Shown: in pieces, positions 26,317 through 37,100 of the stretch
Position numbering within the stretch: position 1 is the stretch's first letter
Layout: every line of letters begins with the position of its first letter
Source: a bacterium
Lineage (GTDB): Bacteria; UBA8248
Length of the DNA: 64,000 bases
Assembly: GCA_965204535.1 (NCBI GenBank)
Contig: OZ241996.1
Coordinates: 352,001-416,000, forward strand
Direction of reading: 5' to 3'
Notes under the pieces: generated by a model
What the model was told of the DNA's origin: nothing
The model's input: only the letters and a program-made list of their open reading frames with translations
Databases searched by the model: none
Position numbers and translations under genes: made by a program

Positions 26317-27267
26317 ATGTCTGAACAGGCCTGTGCCGAATCCCCGGCCCCGCTTGCCGCGGTGGTGGATTTGGGCACGAACGCAGCCCGCCTGGCGCTC
26401 GCCACGCTCGATGATGCGGGCAGGCTGGAATCGCGGGGACGCTGGCGCGAACTGATTCGCCTGGGCGAGGGGGTCCGCGAAACGGGAGTGCTCTCTGAAA
26501 GCGCCATGGAGAGAGGGCTCGCCTGCCTTTCCCGGTTTGCGCAAATCATAGAAAAGAATCGCGTCGGCCTCACGGACGGCCTCGCGACCAGCGCGCTGCG
26601 TGAGGCGCGAAACGCGGATGTGTTTATCGAGCGCGCCCTGCAACTGGGGGTTTCGATGCGCGTGATTCCGCCCGAGGAGGAAGCGCGCCTGGCGCTGGCG
26701 GGTGTTTTCGCCGATGAGGAGGCCAAGCCCGAGCGCGCGTTGGTGTTCGACGTCGGCGGAGGAAGTCTCGAAGTCATACTCTCCGGGCGTGGCGAGGTTC
26801 GAAAAATGGCGAGCCTTCCCGCCGGCGTGGTGTATCTGACGGAGCGCTATTTGCAGAACATGCCCACGCCGGATGAACAGGTGCAGGCCTGTTCGGAGGC
26901 GGTGGAGGCGATGTTGGCGAATGTTGATTTCGCCGGGGCGGAACTGGCGGAAATCCCCTTTATCGGCTGTGGAGGGGTGGTGGCGTTGGCTTGGTTTTTG
27001 ACGGAAGGCGCGCCGCCGGGCGGGTGCATAGACGGCGTTTCGTTGCCGAACTCTTTTTTCGAAGAATGGGTCAACCGGTTTGCCGGTTTGACTTACGAGG
27101 GAAGGAGAGAGCTTGGGGGCTTCGAACCGGGGCGCGAGGACGTGGCGCTCGCCGGGCTTATCGTCGTGCGCGCGCTGATGCGGTGGGGACGAAAGAAGAC
27201 GTTGGGCGTATCGACCGGCGGTGTTCGCGAGGGAAGGCTTCTGGAACTGCTGCGACCGGGCGGGTAG
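26317..27267 (+). CDS. Ppx/GppA family phosphatase
   Basis: VDLGTN, ATSALREARN, EEARL, DVGGGSLE, GVREG. Confidence 0.88.
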   Translation: MSEQACAESPAPLAAVVDLGTNAARLALATLDDAGRLESRGRWRELIRLGEGVRETGVLSESAMERGLACLSRFAQIIEKNRVGLTDGLATSALREARNADVFIERALQLGVSMRVIPPEEEARLALAGVFADEEAKPERALVFDVGGGSLEVILSGRGEVRKMASLPAGVVYLTERYLQNMPTPDEQVQACSEAVEAMLANVDFAGAELAEIPFIGCGGVVALAWFLTEGAPPGGCIDGVSLPNSFFEEWVNRFAGLTYEGRRELGGFEPGREDVALAGLIVVRALMRWGRKKTLGVSTGGVREGRLLELLRPGG

Positions 27268-27344
27268 ATACGCCGACTCGACGATGAGATGTGCGTAAAT
27301 TCAATCGAATACGGGACATACTTGCCGGATCCCGGCGATGTAAT

Positions 27345-27372
27345 TTGACATGACTCGACACCTCCCTATATT
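27345..27372 (+). promoter_or_regulatory. Candidate sigma70 promoter of the yceD-rpmF-plsX operon
   Basis: TTGACA-N16-TATATT. Confidence 0.5.
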
Positions 27373-27465
27373 TTGAATTCAGGCATCGGGAGGTTTGAAG
27401 CGCGATGCGCCGTGATGATCAAGTCGTACGCCCGTCTGGTCGAGCACCTCCTCCGGGGAAACGAT

Positions 27466-28002
27466 ATGGGGAAAATACTTCAATTTCCTCTCGCCCAGAT
27501 TCCGGATGACGGCCTGGACGTCTCTGTGGATTTGGAGCCGGCTGATTTGGAGGAAGTCTGGTTCCGGGCATCAAGTCTAAAGCTCATCGGCAAGTTGGAG
27601 AGAACAGGCTCTGATGAGGTGAGTTTCCAGGGTCGGTTGAGCGGTCGGTTTTTGCTGGAATGCTCTCTCGGGCTGGCGGAATTTCCTTATCCGTTCAGCG
27701 AGCCTTTGGCCGTCTATTTTTCGCGAATGCCGCAAGAACCCGCTTCAGAAGATGAAGTCGAACTGAAAGAAGAAGATATCGAGGTCGCATACATCGAAAA
27801 TGAAACGGCGGACCTGACGACGCCCGTTCGCGATCAGATCGGGCTGGCGATTCCCATTCAGCCCCGATGTCCTGATAAATGTCTGGGAGAGGCGCCTGAA
27901 ACTTGCCGTAAACTCGATGAGGGAGAATCCGTCGGCGCGGGCGCGGGGTCGGACCCGCGGTGGGGGCCGCTCAAGGGCTGGAAACCGGAGGATACCGCAT
28001 GA
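27466..28002 (+). CDS. yceD: YceD/DUF177 family protein
   Basis: LECSLGL, DLTTPVRDQIGLAIP..C.DKCLG, DPRWGPLK; upstream of rpmF. Confidence 0.85.
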   Translation: MGKILQFPLAQIPDDGLDVSVDLEPADLEEVWFRASSLKLIGKLERTGSDEVSFQGRLSGRFLLECSLGLAEFPYPFSEPLAVYFSRMPQEPASEDEVELKEEDIEVAYIENETADLTTPVRDQIGLAIPIQPRCPDKCLGEAPETCRKLDEGESVGAGAGSDPRWGPLKGWKPEDTA

Positions 28003-28143
28003 ATTTTGTATCCTTCGTGCGTGGTGAATCTGAAATTTGAAATATGTTAGTATGTGAGGATTCTGTTTTCGGGCATGGAGCCGAGAGGACATCGGCGGGA
28101 ATTGCCCGTGTTTAACGTATTATTGTGAGAGGAGTGCGGTGCT

Positions 28144-28329
28144 GTGGGGCTTCCCAAACGTCGGCACTCGCAGACGCGAGGCCGTAAAAGAAGAACACAC
28201 TACAAGGTGGCGAAACCATCGGTTGCGTTTTGCTCGAATTGCAATAGTCCGGTGCTGCCCCACCGGGTGTGCAATGTCTGCGGGTATTACAAGGGGCAAA
28301 AAGTTTTGGATGTGAAGGGACAATACTAA
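28144..28329 (+). CDS. rpmF: 50S ribosomal protein L32 (zinc-ribbon type)
   Basis: PKRRHSQTR..RRTH, CSNC..LPHRVCNVCGYYKG. Confidence 0.95.
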   Translation: MGLPKRRHSQTRGRKRRTHYKVAKPSVAFCSNCNSPVLPHRVCNVCGYYKGQKVLDVKGQY

Positions 28330-28341
28330 CGCCGGATAGAG

Positions 28342-29466
28342 ATGATGAAAATAGCGATAGATGCCATGGGAGGGGACAACGCGCCTTCGGCGATCGTAGA
28401 AGGAGCGTTGGACGCTCACCGCGAAGAGGGTATCGAATCCGTATTGGTGGGTGAGCCGGAGCAAATCGAGGCGGAACTCAAGCGCCTCGGGGCCCCCGGG
28501 GACACCTTCGATATTCGCGCGGCGAGTCAAGTCATCGGCATGGGCGAATCCCCCACGAAATCGGTGAAGTCCAAGCCGGATTCATCCATGCGCATCGCCC
28601 TTCAGTTGGTGAAGGACGATGAAGCGCAGGCGGTGTTCAGCGCGGGCGACACCGGAGGCGCCTTCGCCACGGGTCTGGCCGTTTTGCAGCGGATGCCGGG
28701 GGTGCAACGACCCGCCATTGCCGCCTTGATCCCCACTCTCAAGGGCTTTTCCGTCATGCTGGACGTGGGAGCGAATCTGACCCCGCGGGCGCAGCACCTG
28801 TTCCAGTTCGGCGTTATGGGAGCCGTATATACCGAGGAAGTGTTCAGGAAACCCGCGCCCACGGTGGGTCTGCTGAACGTGGGGGGAGAGGATTCCAAAG
28901 GAACCGACGTGCTCAAGGCGGTCCATGAGATTTTCGTGAAAAGCGATTTGAATTTTGTGGGCAATGTGGAGGGGAGCACGATTTTTCAGGGCGACACGGA
29001 CGTGGTCGTGTGCGACGGGTTCGCGGGAAACGTGGCCTTGAAGGTGAGCGAGAGTCTCAGTGAAATGCTGACGACGCTGCTCAGAGAGGAAATCGTGGGT
29101 TCTGTGCGCAGCAAGATTGGGTATATGTTTTTGCAGAACGGGCTGAAATCCATGCGCCAGAGAACCGATTATTCCGAATACGGAGCGGCGCCGTTGCTGG
29201 GTTTGGGGGGAATTTGCACGATCGGACACGGCCGGAGCAACTCGAAGGCCGTGAAAAACGCCATCCGTACGACGGCGAGTATCGTCAAGGTCGATCTGAA
29301 CGCGAAGATACAAAAAGAAATCGACAAGCATATCTCCATACAGCGCAGCGGAGATGTGGGCTGGCGTTTGTGGAATCAGATACGAACGGGCATTTTCTAC
29401 GAAAAGGTAACGGAGGACGAAAAAAAGAGCGGCGATGAAGAAGATGAAGAAAATTCGTCCTCTTGA
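28342..29466 (+). CDS. plsX: Phosphate acyltransferase PlsX
   Basis: IAIDAMGGDNAP, RPAIA, LDVGAN, DVVVCDGFAGNVALK, GHGRS. Confidence 0.95.
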   Translation: MMKIAIDAMGGDNAPSAIVEGALDAHREEGIESVLVGEPEQIEAELKRLGAPGDTFDIRAASQVIGMGESPTKSVKSKPDSSMRIALQLVKDDEAQAVFSAGDTGGAFATGLAVLQRMPGVQRPAIAALIPTLKGFSVMLDVGANLTPRAQHLFQFGVMGAVYTEEVFRKPAPTVGLLNVGGEDSKGTDVLKAVHEIFVKSDLNFVGNVEGSTIFQGDTDVVVCDGFAGNVALKVSESLSEMLTTLLREEIVGSVRSKIGYMFLQNGLKSMRQRTDYSEYGAAPLLGLGGICTIGHGRSNSKAVKNAIRTTASIVKVDLNAKIQKEIDKHISIQRSGDVGWRLWNQIRTGIFYEKVTEDEKKSGDEEDEENSSS

Positions 29467-29533
29467 TATCTGAGCCTGTTTTCGACTACGATCACATTTG
29501 AGCAGTCATCTCGCCCGAATAGGGAATCAAACC

Positions 29534-30523
29534 GTGACCCACTCCGTCATCCTGGGGACGGGTTCATACGTCCCTGAAAGAGTTCTCTCGAACGCCGATC
29601 TGGAAAAGATGGTCGACACCAGCGACCAATGGATTCGCGAGAGAACGGGAATCAGCGAGCGGCGTGTGGCGAGGGCTGACGAAGCGACTTCCCACTTATC
29701 GCTTCATGCCGCCAATCAGGCGCTCGAAGCAGCGGGGGTGAGCGCTGAGGAAATCGACCTCATCATCGTAACCACTCTCACGCCGGACACGATGTGCCCG
29801 GCCGCGGCTTGCTGGCTTCAGTCGCATATCGGCGCGCACAGGGCCGCGGCGTTCGACTTGAACGCGGCGTGCACGGGTTTCGTCTACGGCCTTCAGGCGG
29901 CGGATGCCTATATTCGTTCGGGCATGATGAAGAAGGTGCTCCTGGTTTCCGCCGACGTGATGACGCGGATGACCAATTGGGAGGACAGGGGTACCTGCGT
30001 TTTGTGGGGCGATGGAGCGGGCGCCGTCGTTGTGGGGGCGTCGGAGAATGGCAGAAGAGGTGTGGTGGATTCGAGAGTTTACAGCGACGGCAATGGCGGG
30101 GAGCTGATTCTGGTGCCGGGAGGCGGTTCGCGGTTCGCCCCGATCACGGCGGACGACGTGCACAACAAAGAGCATTTATTGCAGATGAAGGGGCAGGAGA
30201 CGTTCAAGACGGCCGTGCGTTATTTCTTGGGAGCCTGCAAGGAAACGCTGGAGCGAAGCGGCCTTACCTTGGATGACATCGATGTGTTTATCCCGCATCA
30301 GGCGAATCTGCGGATTATCGAAGCCGTGGCGAAACGGCTCGAATTGTCGATGGACAAGGTAGTCATCACGATTAACAAATATGGCAATATGTCCGCGGCC
30401 ACCATCCCGGTTGCTCTGGATGAATCGGTGAGGGAGGGGAAAATTCGAAGCGGAGATAATGTGCTCATGGCTGCTTTCGGCGGAGGCCTCACTTGGGGTG
30501 CGGCTTTGGTCGAATGGAATTGA
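29534..30523 (+). CDS. fabH: Beta-ketoacyl-ACP synthase III
   Basis: GTGSYVP, DLNAACTGF, PHQANLRI, YGNMSAA, FGGGLTWG. Confidence 0.95.
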   Translation: MTHSVILGTGSYVPERVLSNADLEKMVDTSDQWIRERTGISERRVARADEATSHLSLHAANQALEAAGVSAEEIDLIIVTTLTPDTMCPAAACWLQSHIGAHRAAAFDLNAACTGFVYGLQAADAYIRSGMMKKVLLVSADVMTRMTNWEDRGTCVLWGDGAGAVVVGASENGRRGVVDSRVYSDGNGGELILVPGGGSRFAPITADDVHNKEHLLQMKGQETFKTAVRYFLGACKETLERSGLTLDDIDVFIPHQANLRIIEAVAKRLELSMDKVVITINKYGNMSAATIPVALDESVREGKIRSGDNVLMAAFGGGLTWGAALVEWN

Positions 30524-30628
30524 TGATATGAACGTCCGGAATGATTTCGCTTCATCCCCCGCCCTGTTTTTCTCGCGAGCATAATAGATTCAAGCTTTGC
30601 CGTTCATGCCATAGGTAAGGGTTGCTAG

Positions 30629-31567
30629 ATGGCCGTGAAAATTGCGTTTTTGTTTCCAGGACAAGGTTCGCAGTACGTCGGCATGGGCAAACAATTCTAT
30701 GATGAGTATCCATTCGCTCGGGAAGCCTATGAACGGGCGAGTGATATTCTGGGATGGAACCTCGCCAGGCTCAGCTTTGAAGGCCCCAAGTCGGAGTTGA
30801 CGCTCACCTGTCACACCCAGCCCGCCATTCTCGTTCATAGCCATATCGCATGCACCCTGTTGTGTGAGCGCGGCTTCAGGCCTTCTCTCGCCCTGGGCCA
30901 CAGCTTGGGGGAATACTCCGCTCTTATGGCGGCCGGGGCCTTCGATTTTCAGAAGGGTGTCGAGTTGGTGAAGAAAAGGGGCCGCTTCATGCACGAGGCC
31001 GTCCCGGCGGGCGGCGGCGCCATGGCGGCCTTGCTCGGCATCGAGAGAGAGGCGGCCGAAGCCATATGCGGGGAAGTGGAAGGCGTGGTGGAGGTTGCAA
31101 ATTATAATGCCCCCGGCCAATATGTCTTGTCGGGAGACAAGGATGCGGTAGAATCCGCCGCTCGTTTGGCGACGGACAAAGGAGCCAGGAAGGCGGTGAT
31201 GCTTCCGGTAGGAGCGCCCTTCCATTGCTCCTTGCTGAGTGAAGCTGCGGAGCGGATGAGTGAGGTGCTCGATGGAGCGGAGATAGGCGATCCTTCCATC
31301 CCCGTCTACGCGAACGTGACCGCTCGACCCGTTCGGGAGGGAAAACAGGCAAGAGAGTTGCTCAAACGGCAGATTCGCTCCGCCGTGCGCTGGGAAGACG
31401 CCGTGCGGGCGGCAGGTGAGGAAAAACCCGATGTGATGGTCGAACTGGGCCCCGGGAAAGTGCTCTCAGGATTGAACAGGCGGATATTGAGGGATATACC
31501 GGTGCACAATGTGGAAGATACACAGAGTCTGGAGAAAGCAGTTTCGGCCTTGGGAGAGTTCAACTGA
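30629..31567 (+). CDS. fabD: Malonyl-CoA:ACP transacylase
   Basis: FPGQGSQ, GHSLGEY, APFHC, ELGPGKVL. Confidence 0.95.
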   Translation: MAVKIAFLFPGQGSQYVGMGKQFYDEYPFAREAYERASDILGWNLARLSFEGPKSELTLTCHTQPAILVHSHIACTLLCERGFRPSLALGHSLGEYSALMAAGAFDFQKGVELVKKRGRFMHEAVPAGGGAMAALLGIEREAAEAICGEVEGVVEVANYNAPGQYVLSGDKDAVESAARLATDKGARKAVMLPVGAPFHCSLLSEAAERMSEVLDGAEIGDPSIPVYANVTARPVREGKQARELLKRQIRSAVRWEDAVRAAGEEKPDVMVELGPGKVLSGLNRRILRDIPVHNVEDTQSLEKAVSALGEFN

Positions 31568-31738
31568 ATTTCATCCCCGTGTATGATGGTTGATGAGGAC
31601 ATTGAGCGGAAAAGAAAAAAGCAAGTCATCGAATTCGGATGAACGCCCCGCAGATGTGTAAATGCGTATCGGGTCTGGGTTCTTGTCGAAAGGACGACCC
31701 GGTACCGGTTTGACAGAAGGATTTTCGGAGGAATCGGC

Positions 31739-31981
31739 GTGACAGATGAAATCAAAGCACAAATCAAAGAAATCATTGTGGAACAGTTGAGCGTGGAGCC
31801 TGAAAAGGTGGTGCCGGAAGCTTCGTTTACCGATGATCTGGGAGCGGACTCGCTGGATACCGTAGAGCTCGTCATGGCGTTTGAGGAGAAATTCGGTATC
31901 GAAATACCTGATGAAGAAGCGGAAAAAATCTCCACGGTTCAGGATGCGTACGACTATATCGGCAAGGTGCCTGGAGATTAG
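31739..31981 (+). CDS. acpP: Acyl carrier protein
   Basis: [20 protein letters not shown]. Confidence 0.96.
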   Translation: MTDEIKAQIKEIIVEQLSVEPEKVVPEASFTDDLGADSLDTVELVMAFEEKFGIEIPDEEAEKISTVQDAYDYIGKVPGD

Positions 31982-32017
31982 AGAAACCCCGTTGGTCTGC
32001 AAATCTGAAGAGGAAGC

Positions 32018-33295
32018 ATGAATAATCAAGATTTGGTGAAGTCGGATGTTCGGGTCGTCGTCACCGGGCTCGGATTGCTTACGCCGCTGGGCTTGTCGGT
32101 GGAGGAAAACTGGGAAGCCTTGATGCAGGGCCGCTCGGGCATCGGAAAAGTGTCGCGCTTTTCTCCGGATCGGATCGCCTCGCGGATTTGCGGCGAAATA
32201 AAAGGTTTCGAGCCCGAAAATTATATTTCCCGCAAAGAACTCAAGAAGATGGATACTTTCATCCAGTACGCTCTTGCGGCCTCTCAAATGGCCTTCGATG
32301 ATGCTGGACTGGAAGCGCCGGACGAGGAAACGGCGCCGCGATACGGCACCATCATCGGTGTGGGTTTGGGCGGTTTGCCCGCCATCGAGGCCAACAAGGA
32401 ATTAATACAAACCAGAGAGCCGACGCGCATCAGTCCCTTCTTCATCCCCATGTTGGTGGGGAACTTGGCCGCCGGCCAGATTTCGATACGCTGGGGACTG
32501 AAGGGGCCGAACATTTGCACGACCACGGCGTGCGCATCCGGGAATCACGCCATCGGGGACGCGATGAAGTGCATTCAGCGCGGCCTGGTGGATGTCATGG
32601 TGGCCGGTGGCAGTGAGTCTTGTATCACGGAGTTGGCCATGGCGGGATTTTGCGCGATGCGAGCGCTCAGCACGCGTAACGACGACCCCGAGGGGGCGAG
32701 TCGCCCTTTTGATACGGGCAGGGATGGATTCGTGATGGCGGAGGGGGCGGGCGTCATGATCTTGGAGCGCTATGAGCGCGCCGTGGCGCGGGGCGCGAAG
32801 ATTTACGCCGAACTCAGTGGTTATGGCCTCACTTCCGACGCCCATCACATCACCTCTCCGGACCCCGGCGGTGACGGGGCGGCCCGCTGCATGGACATGG
32901 CGCTGAATGATGCGGGACTCAAGCCCGAGGAGGTGGATTACATCAACGCGCATGGCACATCCACCGGTGCGGGAGACAGACTCGAAACGACAGCCATCAA
33001 AAGAACATTCGGCGAGCATGCCTACAAACTGAGTGTCAGTTCCACGAAATCCATGACCGGACATCTTCTGGGTGCGGCGGGAGGCGTGGAATCGGTTTAC
33101 ACCATCCTGGCGCTCAAGAACCAGTGTATTCCTCCCACGATTAACCTGGACACTCCAGATCCGGAATGCGACCTCGACTATGTGCCCAACTCTGCCCGGA
33201 AAGCGGACATCGGCTGTGCCATCACAAACTCGTTCGGCTTCGGGGGAACCAACGCGTCGCTCTTATTCAGGAAAGCGGAAAGCAACGCAGCTTAG
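32018..33295 (+). CDS. fabF: Beta-ketoacyl-ACP synthase II
   Basis: RVVVTGLG, TACASGNHAIG, NAHGTST, STKSMTGHLLGA, NSFGFGG. Confidence 0.95.
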   Translation: MNNQDLVKSDVRVVVTGLGLLTPLGLSVEENWEALMQGRSGIGKVSRFSPDRIASRICGEIKGFEPENYISRKELKKMDTFIQYALAASQMAFDDAGLEAPDEETAPRYGTIIGVGLGGLPAIEANKELIQTREPTRISPFFIPMLVGNLAAGQISIRWGLKGPNICTTTACASGNHAIGDAMKCIQRGLVDVMVAGGSESCITELAMAGFCAMRALSTRNDDPEGASRPFDTGRDGFVMAEGAGVMILERYERAVARGAKIYAELSGYGLTSDAHHITSPDPGGDGAARCMDMALNDAGLKPEEVDYINAHGTSTGAGDRLETTAIKRTFGEHAYKLSVSSTKSMTGHLLGAAGGVESVYTILALKNQCIPPTINLDTPDPECDLDYVPNSARKADIGCAITNSFGFGGTNASLLFRKAESNAA

Positions 33296-33359
33296 CAAGA
33301 GAGGCTCCCCCATCCACAGAAACGGGAAAGTCTCCGGTTTCGGTGCCAGGGGTGTTACC

Positions 33360-34046
33360 TTGGCCGAAATCGAAGCCGAGATCGGTTATTCGTTTTCGAA
33401 CAGGGAACTTCTCGTCCGGGCCCTGACGCACCGCTCTTTTTCGCAAGAAAGTTCAATTCCCACTCTGGATAATGAGCGGCTGGAATTTTTGGGCGATGCC
33501 GTCTTGCAACTTATCGTGACGGAAAAGCTCTGGAAGGATTTTCCGACGGATGATGAGGGTGTTTTGACCCATATGCGTTCAGAACGGGTGAATGGCCGCT
33601 CTTTGGCGGGAATTTTCAGGCGCCGGGGGTTGGGCAATTTCCTTCGTTTGGGTAAGGGGGAGGAGAAAACGGGTGGCCGGCAAAAGCCCTCCATCCAGGC
33701 GGGAGCAGTCGAGGCGCTGGTCGGCGCCATATATCTCGATGCCGGTTACACCCGTTGCGTTCAGTGGGCGGAATCATGGTTCTGGGCTGCGGGCTTGAAT
33801 GAAAAAGATGTCCTGTCCCAGGATTTCAAGAGCCAACTCCAGCGATTGGCTCAAAGAAATGGAAATAAGCCCCCCGGTTATCGTCTGGTTCGAGAGAGTG
33901 GTCCCGAGCACGAAAAAGAATTCGAAGTGGAAGTCCGCCTTGGTCGGAAGGTGCTGGGACGGGGGCAGGGCACGACCAAAAAGGCGGCCGAGCAAGTAGC
34001 TGCGAAAGAAGCGGTTCATAAGATTGAGGAAGCCTGGCAACCGTGA
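33360..34046 (+). CDS. rnc: Ribonuclease III
   Basis: ALTHRS, NERLEFLGDAVL, EALVGAIYLD, C-terminal dsRBD; start approximate. Confidence 0.93.
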   Translation: MAEIEAEIGYSFSNRELLVRALTHRSFSQESSIPTLDNERLEFLGDAVLQLIVTEKLWKDFPTDDEGVLTHMRSERVNGRSLAGIFRRRGLGNFLRLGKGEEKTGGRQKPSIQAGAVEALVGAIYLDAGYTRCVQWAESWFWAAGLNEKDVLSQDFKSQLQRLAQRNGNKPPGYRLVRESGPEHEKEFEVEVRLGRKVLGRGQGTTKKAAEQVAAKEAVHKIEEAWQP

Positions 34047-34176
34047 GTTTCCGGAATGCGATATTTTGCTTTACGAATGCAGGGGAATTCTGGTAAGTTA
34101 TTGATTCCTGCCGCCCTGGTAGTGTCCTACACCGCCCCCTGATAATGAAAGTTCATCCGCCCGCCGAGGTGTTGAA

Positions 34177-37100
34177 TTGCGATTCCAACGCTTGGAGATG
34201 CAGGGGTTCAAGTCTTTCGTTGAAAAGACCGTAATCGAAATTGGCGAGGGCCTTACGGCTGTGGTCGGGCCCAACGGGTGCGGCAAAAGCAATGTGTGTG
34301 ACGCCGTCAGGTGGGTTCTGGGTGAGCAGGCTCCCAAGAACATGCGCTCGAAGAAGATGGAGGATGTCATCTTCAACGGCAGCGCCGAGCGCAAACAGCA
34401 CGGGATGTCCGAGGTCTCGCTTACCGTCACCGATCTCAAGGGCGTGGTGACCTCTCCCGCGTTCAGGGATTTTGACGAGGTGGTGGTCACCCGCCGCCTG
34501 TATCGCTCGGGAGAAAGTGAATATCTCATCAATCGCAATCCTTGCCGCCTCAAGGACATCGTCGATTTGTTTCTCGATACCGGTGTTTCTCTCGATACTT
34601 TCTCCATCGTGGAGCAGGGCAAGATAGAAACCCTCGTGAACGCGAGACCCATGGACAGGCGCGTTCTGATTGAAGAAGCCGCCGGCATCATGAAATACAA
34701 GAGCAGGCGAAACGAAGCGTTGCGCAAACTGGAGCTTGCGCAGGCGAATCTGCTCCGTGTGGCCGACATCATGCGCGAGAAGGAATCCCGTCTCCGCTCC
34801 TTGCGACGCCAGGCGAGAAAGGCGACTTTTCATAAGGAATATCAAACCGAGGTTGCCGATCTTTCTCAAAGAATCATGGCGCTCGACTACCTGAAACATG
34901 TGGAAAAACTTGTTCCGGCGGAAAAAGCGTATGCTCGCGTCAAAGAAGAAGAGCAAACGGTGTCGGCGAAATTGTCTTCTCTCGAAGCCGAAAGGGAGAG
35001 CGGGCGTATTTTGCTGAGGGAGCGTTCAGAGGCTTTGGTGGAATCCCGCCAACGTGCGACGAAGTTGGAGGGGAGCCTGGAGCGTCTGGAGACTCGAATC
35101 GAGATGCTGAAGAACCATCTCGCGGAACTCGACGTGGACGATGAGCGCCGCGCGGAGGAAATCCGGACGCTCGACGTTGAAATCGCGGCCTTTGAAAATG
35201 AAAGAGTCGAGCTTGCCGCAACCCTCGAGATGCTCACGGAACAATCGCGCGTTGCGCGCCAGGAATATGACGTCAGCGCGGCGGAGTTGGCCGCCGTTCG
35301 CGAGAACCTGAAAGAATTCGAACGGGCGCTTGATGAGGCCAGGCGCGCCCAAGAGGAGGAAAGAGAGCGCTTGAGCGCGGCGCGTCAGCAAATCGCCTCG
35401 GTGGAATCGAGGCGCGAAGGACTGGCTGAATCCATGGAAAAAACCGGCGACGAGATCAAGGAGGTCAAGCGCCAACTCGAATCGACCCGAACCGACGCAG
35501 GTGGTGCGAGAAGCCGGCTGGAATCGCTGGTTGCATCTGAAGGCCAGGCGAAACTGGAACTTGAGCAGGCCATGTCTGAGTGTGCGCGGACTTCCGAGTT
35601 GGCGGCCCGCCATGAAGAATCCGTGGCTGGTGCGAAAGAATCGTTGATGGAGGCGCGCTCCGCCCTCTCCGCCTTGGAGGGTGTTTTGGGTTCCGGGGAG
35701 AGCGGAATCTCGGATGCGGAAGCGTTCAGAGCTTGTGGTGCTCAAGTTCTGGCGTCTTTCTCCGAAGTCATTCGTGTAGATCCGAAATTCGAAAAAGCCA
35801 TCGAAACCGCCCTTGGGGACAAGTTGTTGGGCGTGGTCGTGAATACCCCCGGCGACGCGGTGGACGCGGTTCGCGCGCTGATGGGTTCGGAAGCCGGGCG
35901 AGGTGTAGCCCTGCCGATTGGAGTCGATGCCCAGCCGGGCGCCGTCGTCCCGTTGGGAGAGGGCGTTCTGGGCGCGGCGACGGATTTTGTTCGTTGTGAC
36001 ATGCGTTATCGCCATCTCGCTCAGTCGCTGCTCGGCAATGTTGTCGTGGTGGAAGACATCGATGCCGCGCAGGCGGCATGGTGCAACGGGCCCCAAGGCA
36101 TCGTTTGCGTGACTTTGAATGGAGAAATTATCCATGCGAATGGTGTGGTGGAAGGCGGTTTGACCCGGAACGAGGGCCTTTTGGAGCGTTCGAGAAGGTG
36201 TGAGGAAATGCGCCTGAAGGTTGAGCATTTTGAGGCGCAACTTCGTGAATTGGAGCCGATTTCCCGGAAATTGAGCGGGCAACTCGCGAAAGCGGAGCAA
36301 AGAAGCCGCCATGCGACCGAGGCGTATCAGCGGGCTGAGGTGATGCGCGTGGAGGCGGAGGGAGCCCTCCGGGCAGCGGAAGGCAGGCACGAAGAGTTGA
36401 ATACACGGCTGGCCACGCTCGAAGCTGCGCAAAAGCAAATACGCGATGAGCAGACGCGTCTCATGGAGGCTCTCCAAACGGTCAAGGACGAAAGCCTTGG
36501 TTTGGAAGAAACAATTCGGGAATTCAGCTTGCGTATCCACGAAATCGAGAAAAAGGTGAGCGGCGCCGGCCTGCGGTACTCGGAGGTGGAAGCGCGTGTG
36601 ACGGACAAGAAAGTCGCCTTGACGGAAATCAACGGGCAGGTGGCCGGCGGCCAGGCCGAAGTCCAGCGGATAGAAGACGGGATATCCCAGAATGCGGCTC
36701 GCAAGACTCGCAGGGAAGAAGAGCAGCGCGAATCGAGAGAAAAAAGAGAGCGTCTTCAGGAGAGCGTTGCGCAGAGCGAAGAGGGAATACTCGCTCTTCA
36801 GGATGAAAAAGCGGATGTTACAGCCGAATTGGCGGAGCGTGATCGCGTTTTACAGGAGATGCAATCGCGCGATGAGGAACTGGCGGATTCGATTCGCGAT
36901 ATGAAAACCAGAGCCTCTCTTCTGAGCGATGAAGTTCGAGCGGCGGCGGAGCGGCGGACGACGCTTCGCGTGCAACGGGAAACTATGAAGGAATCCGCCG
37001 AAGCGGAATATCAGGTGAATCTCGAGGAGACGGCGGAGAACTGGCGGGAAGAACTTCCCCGGTACCAAGAGATTGTGAATCGCCTGGAGATGCTGAACCA

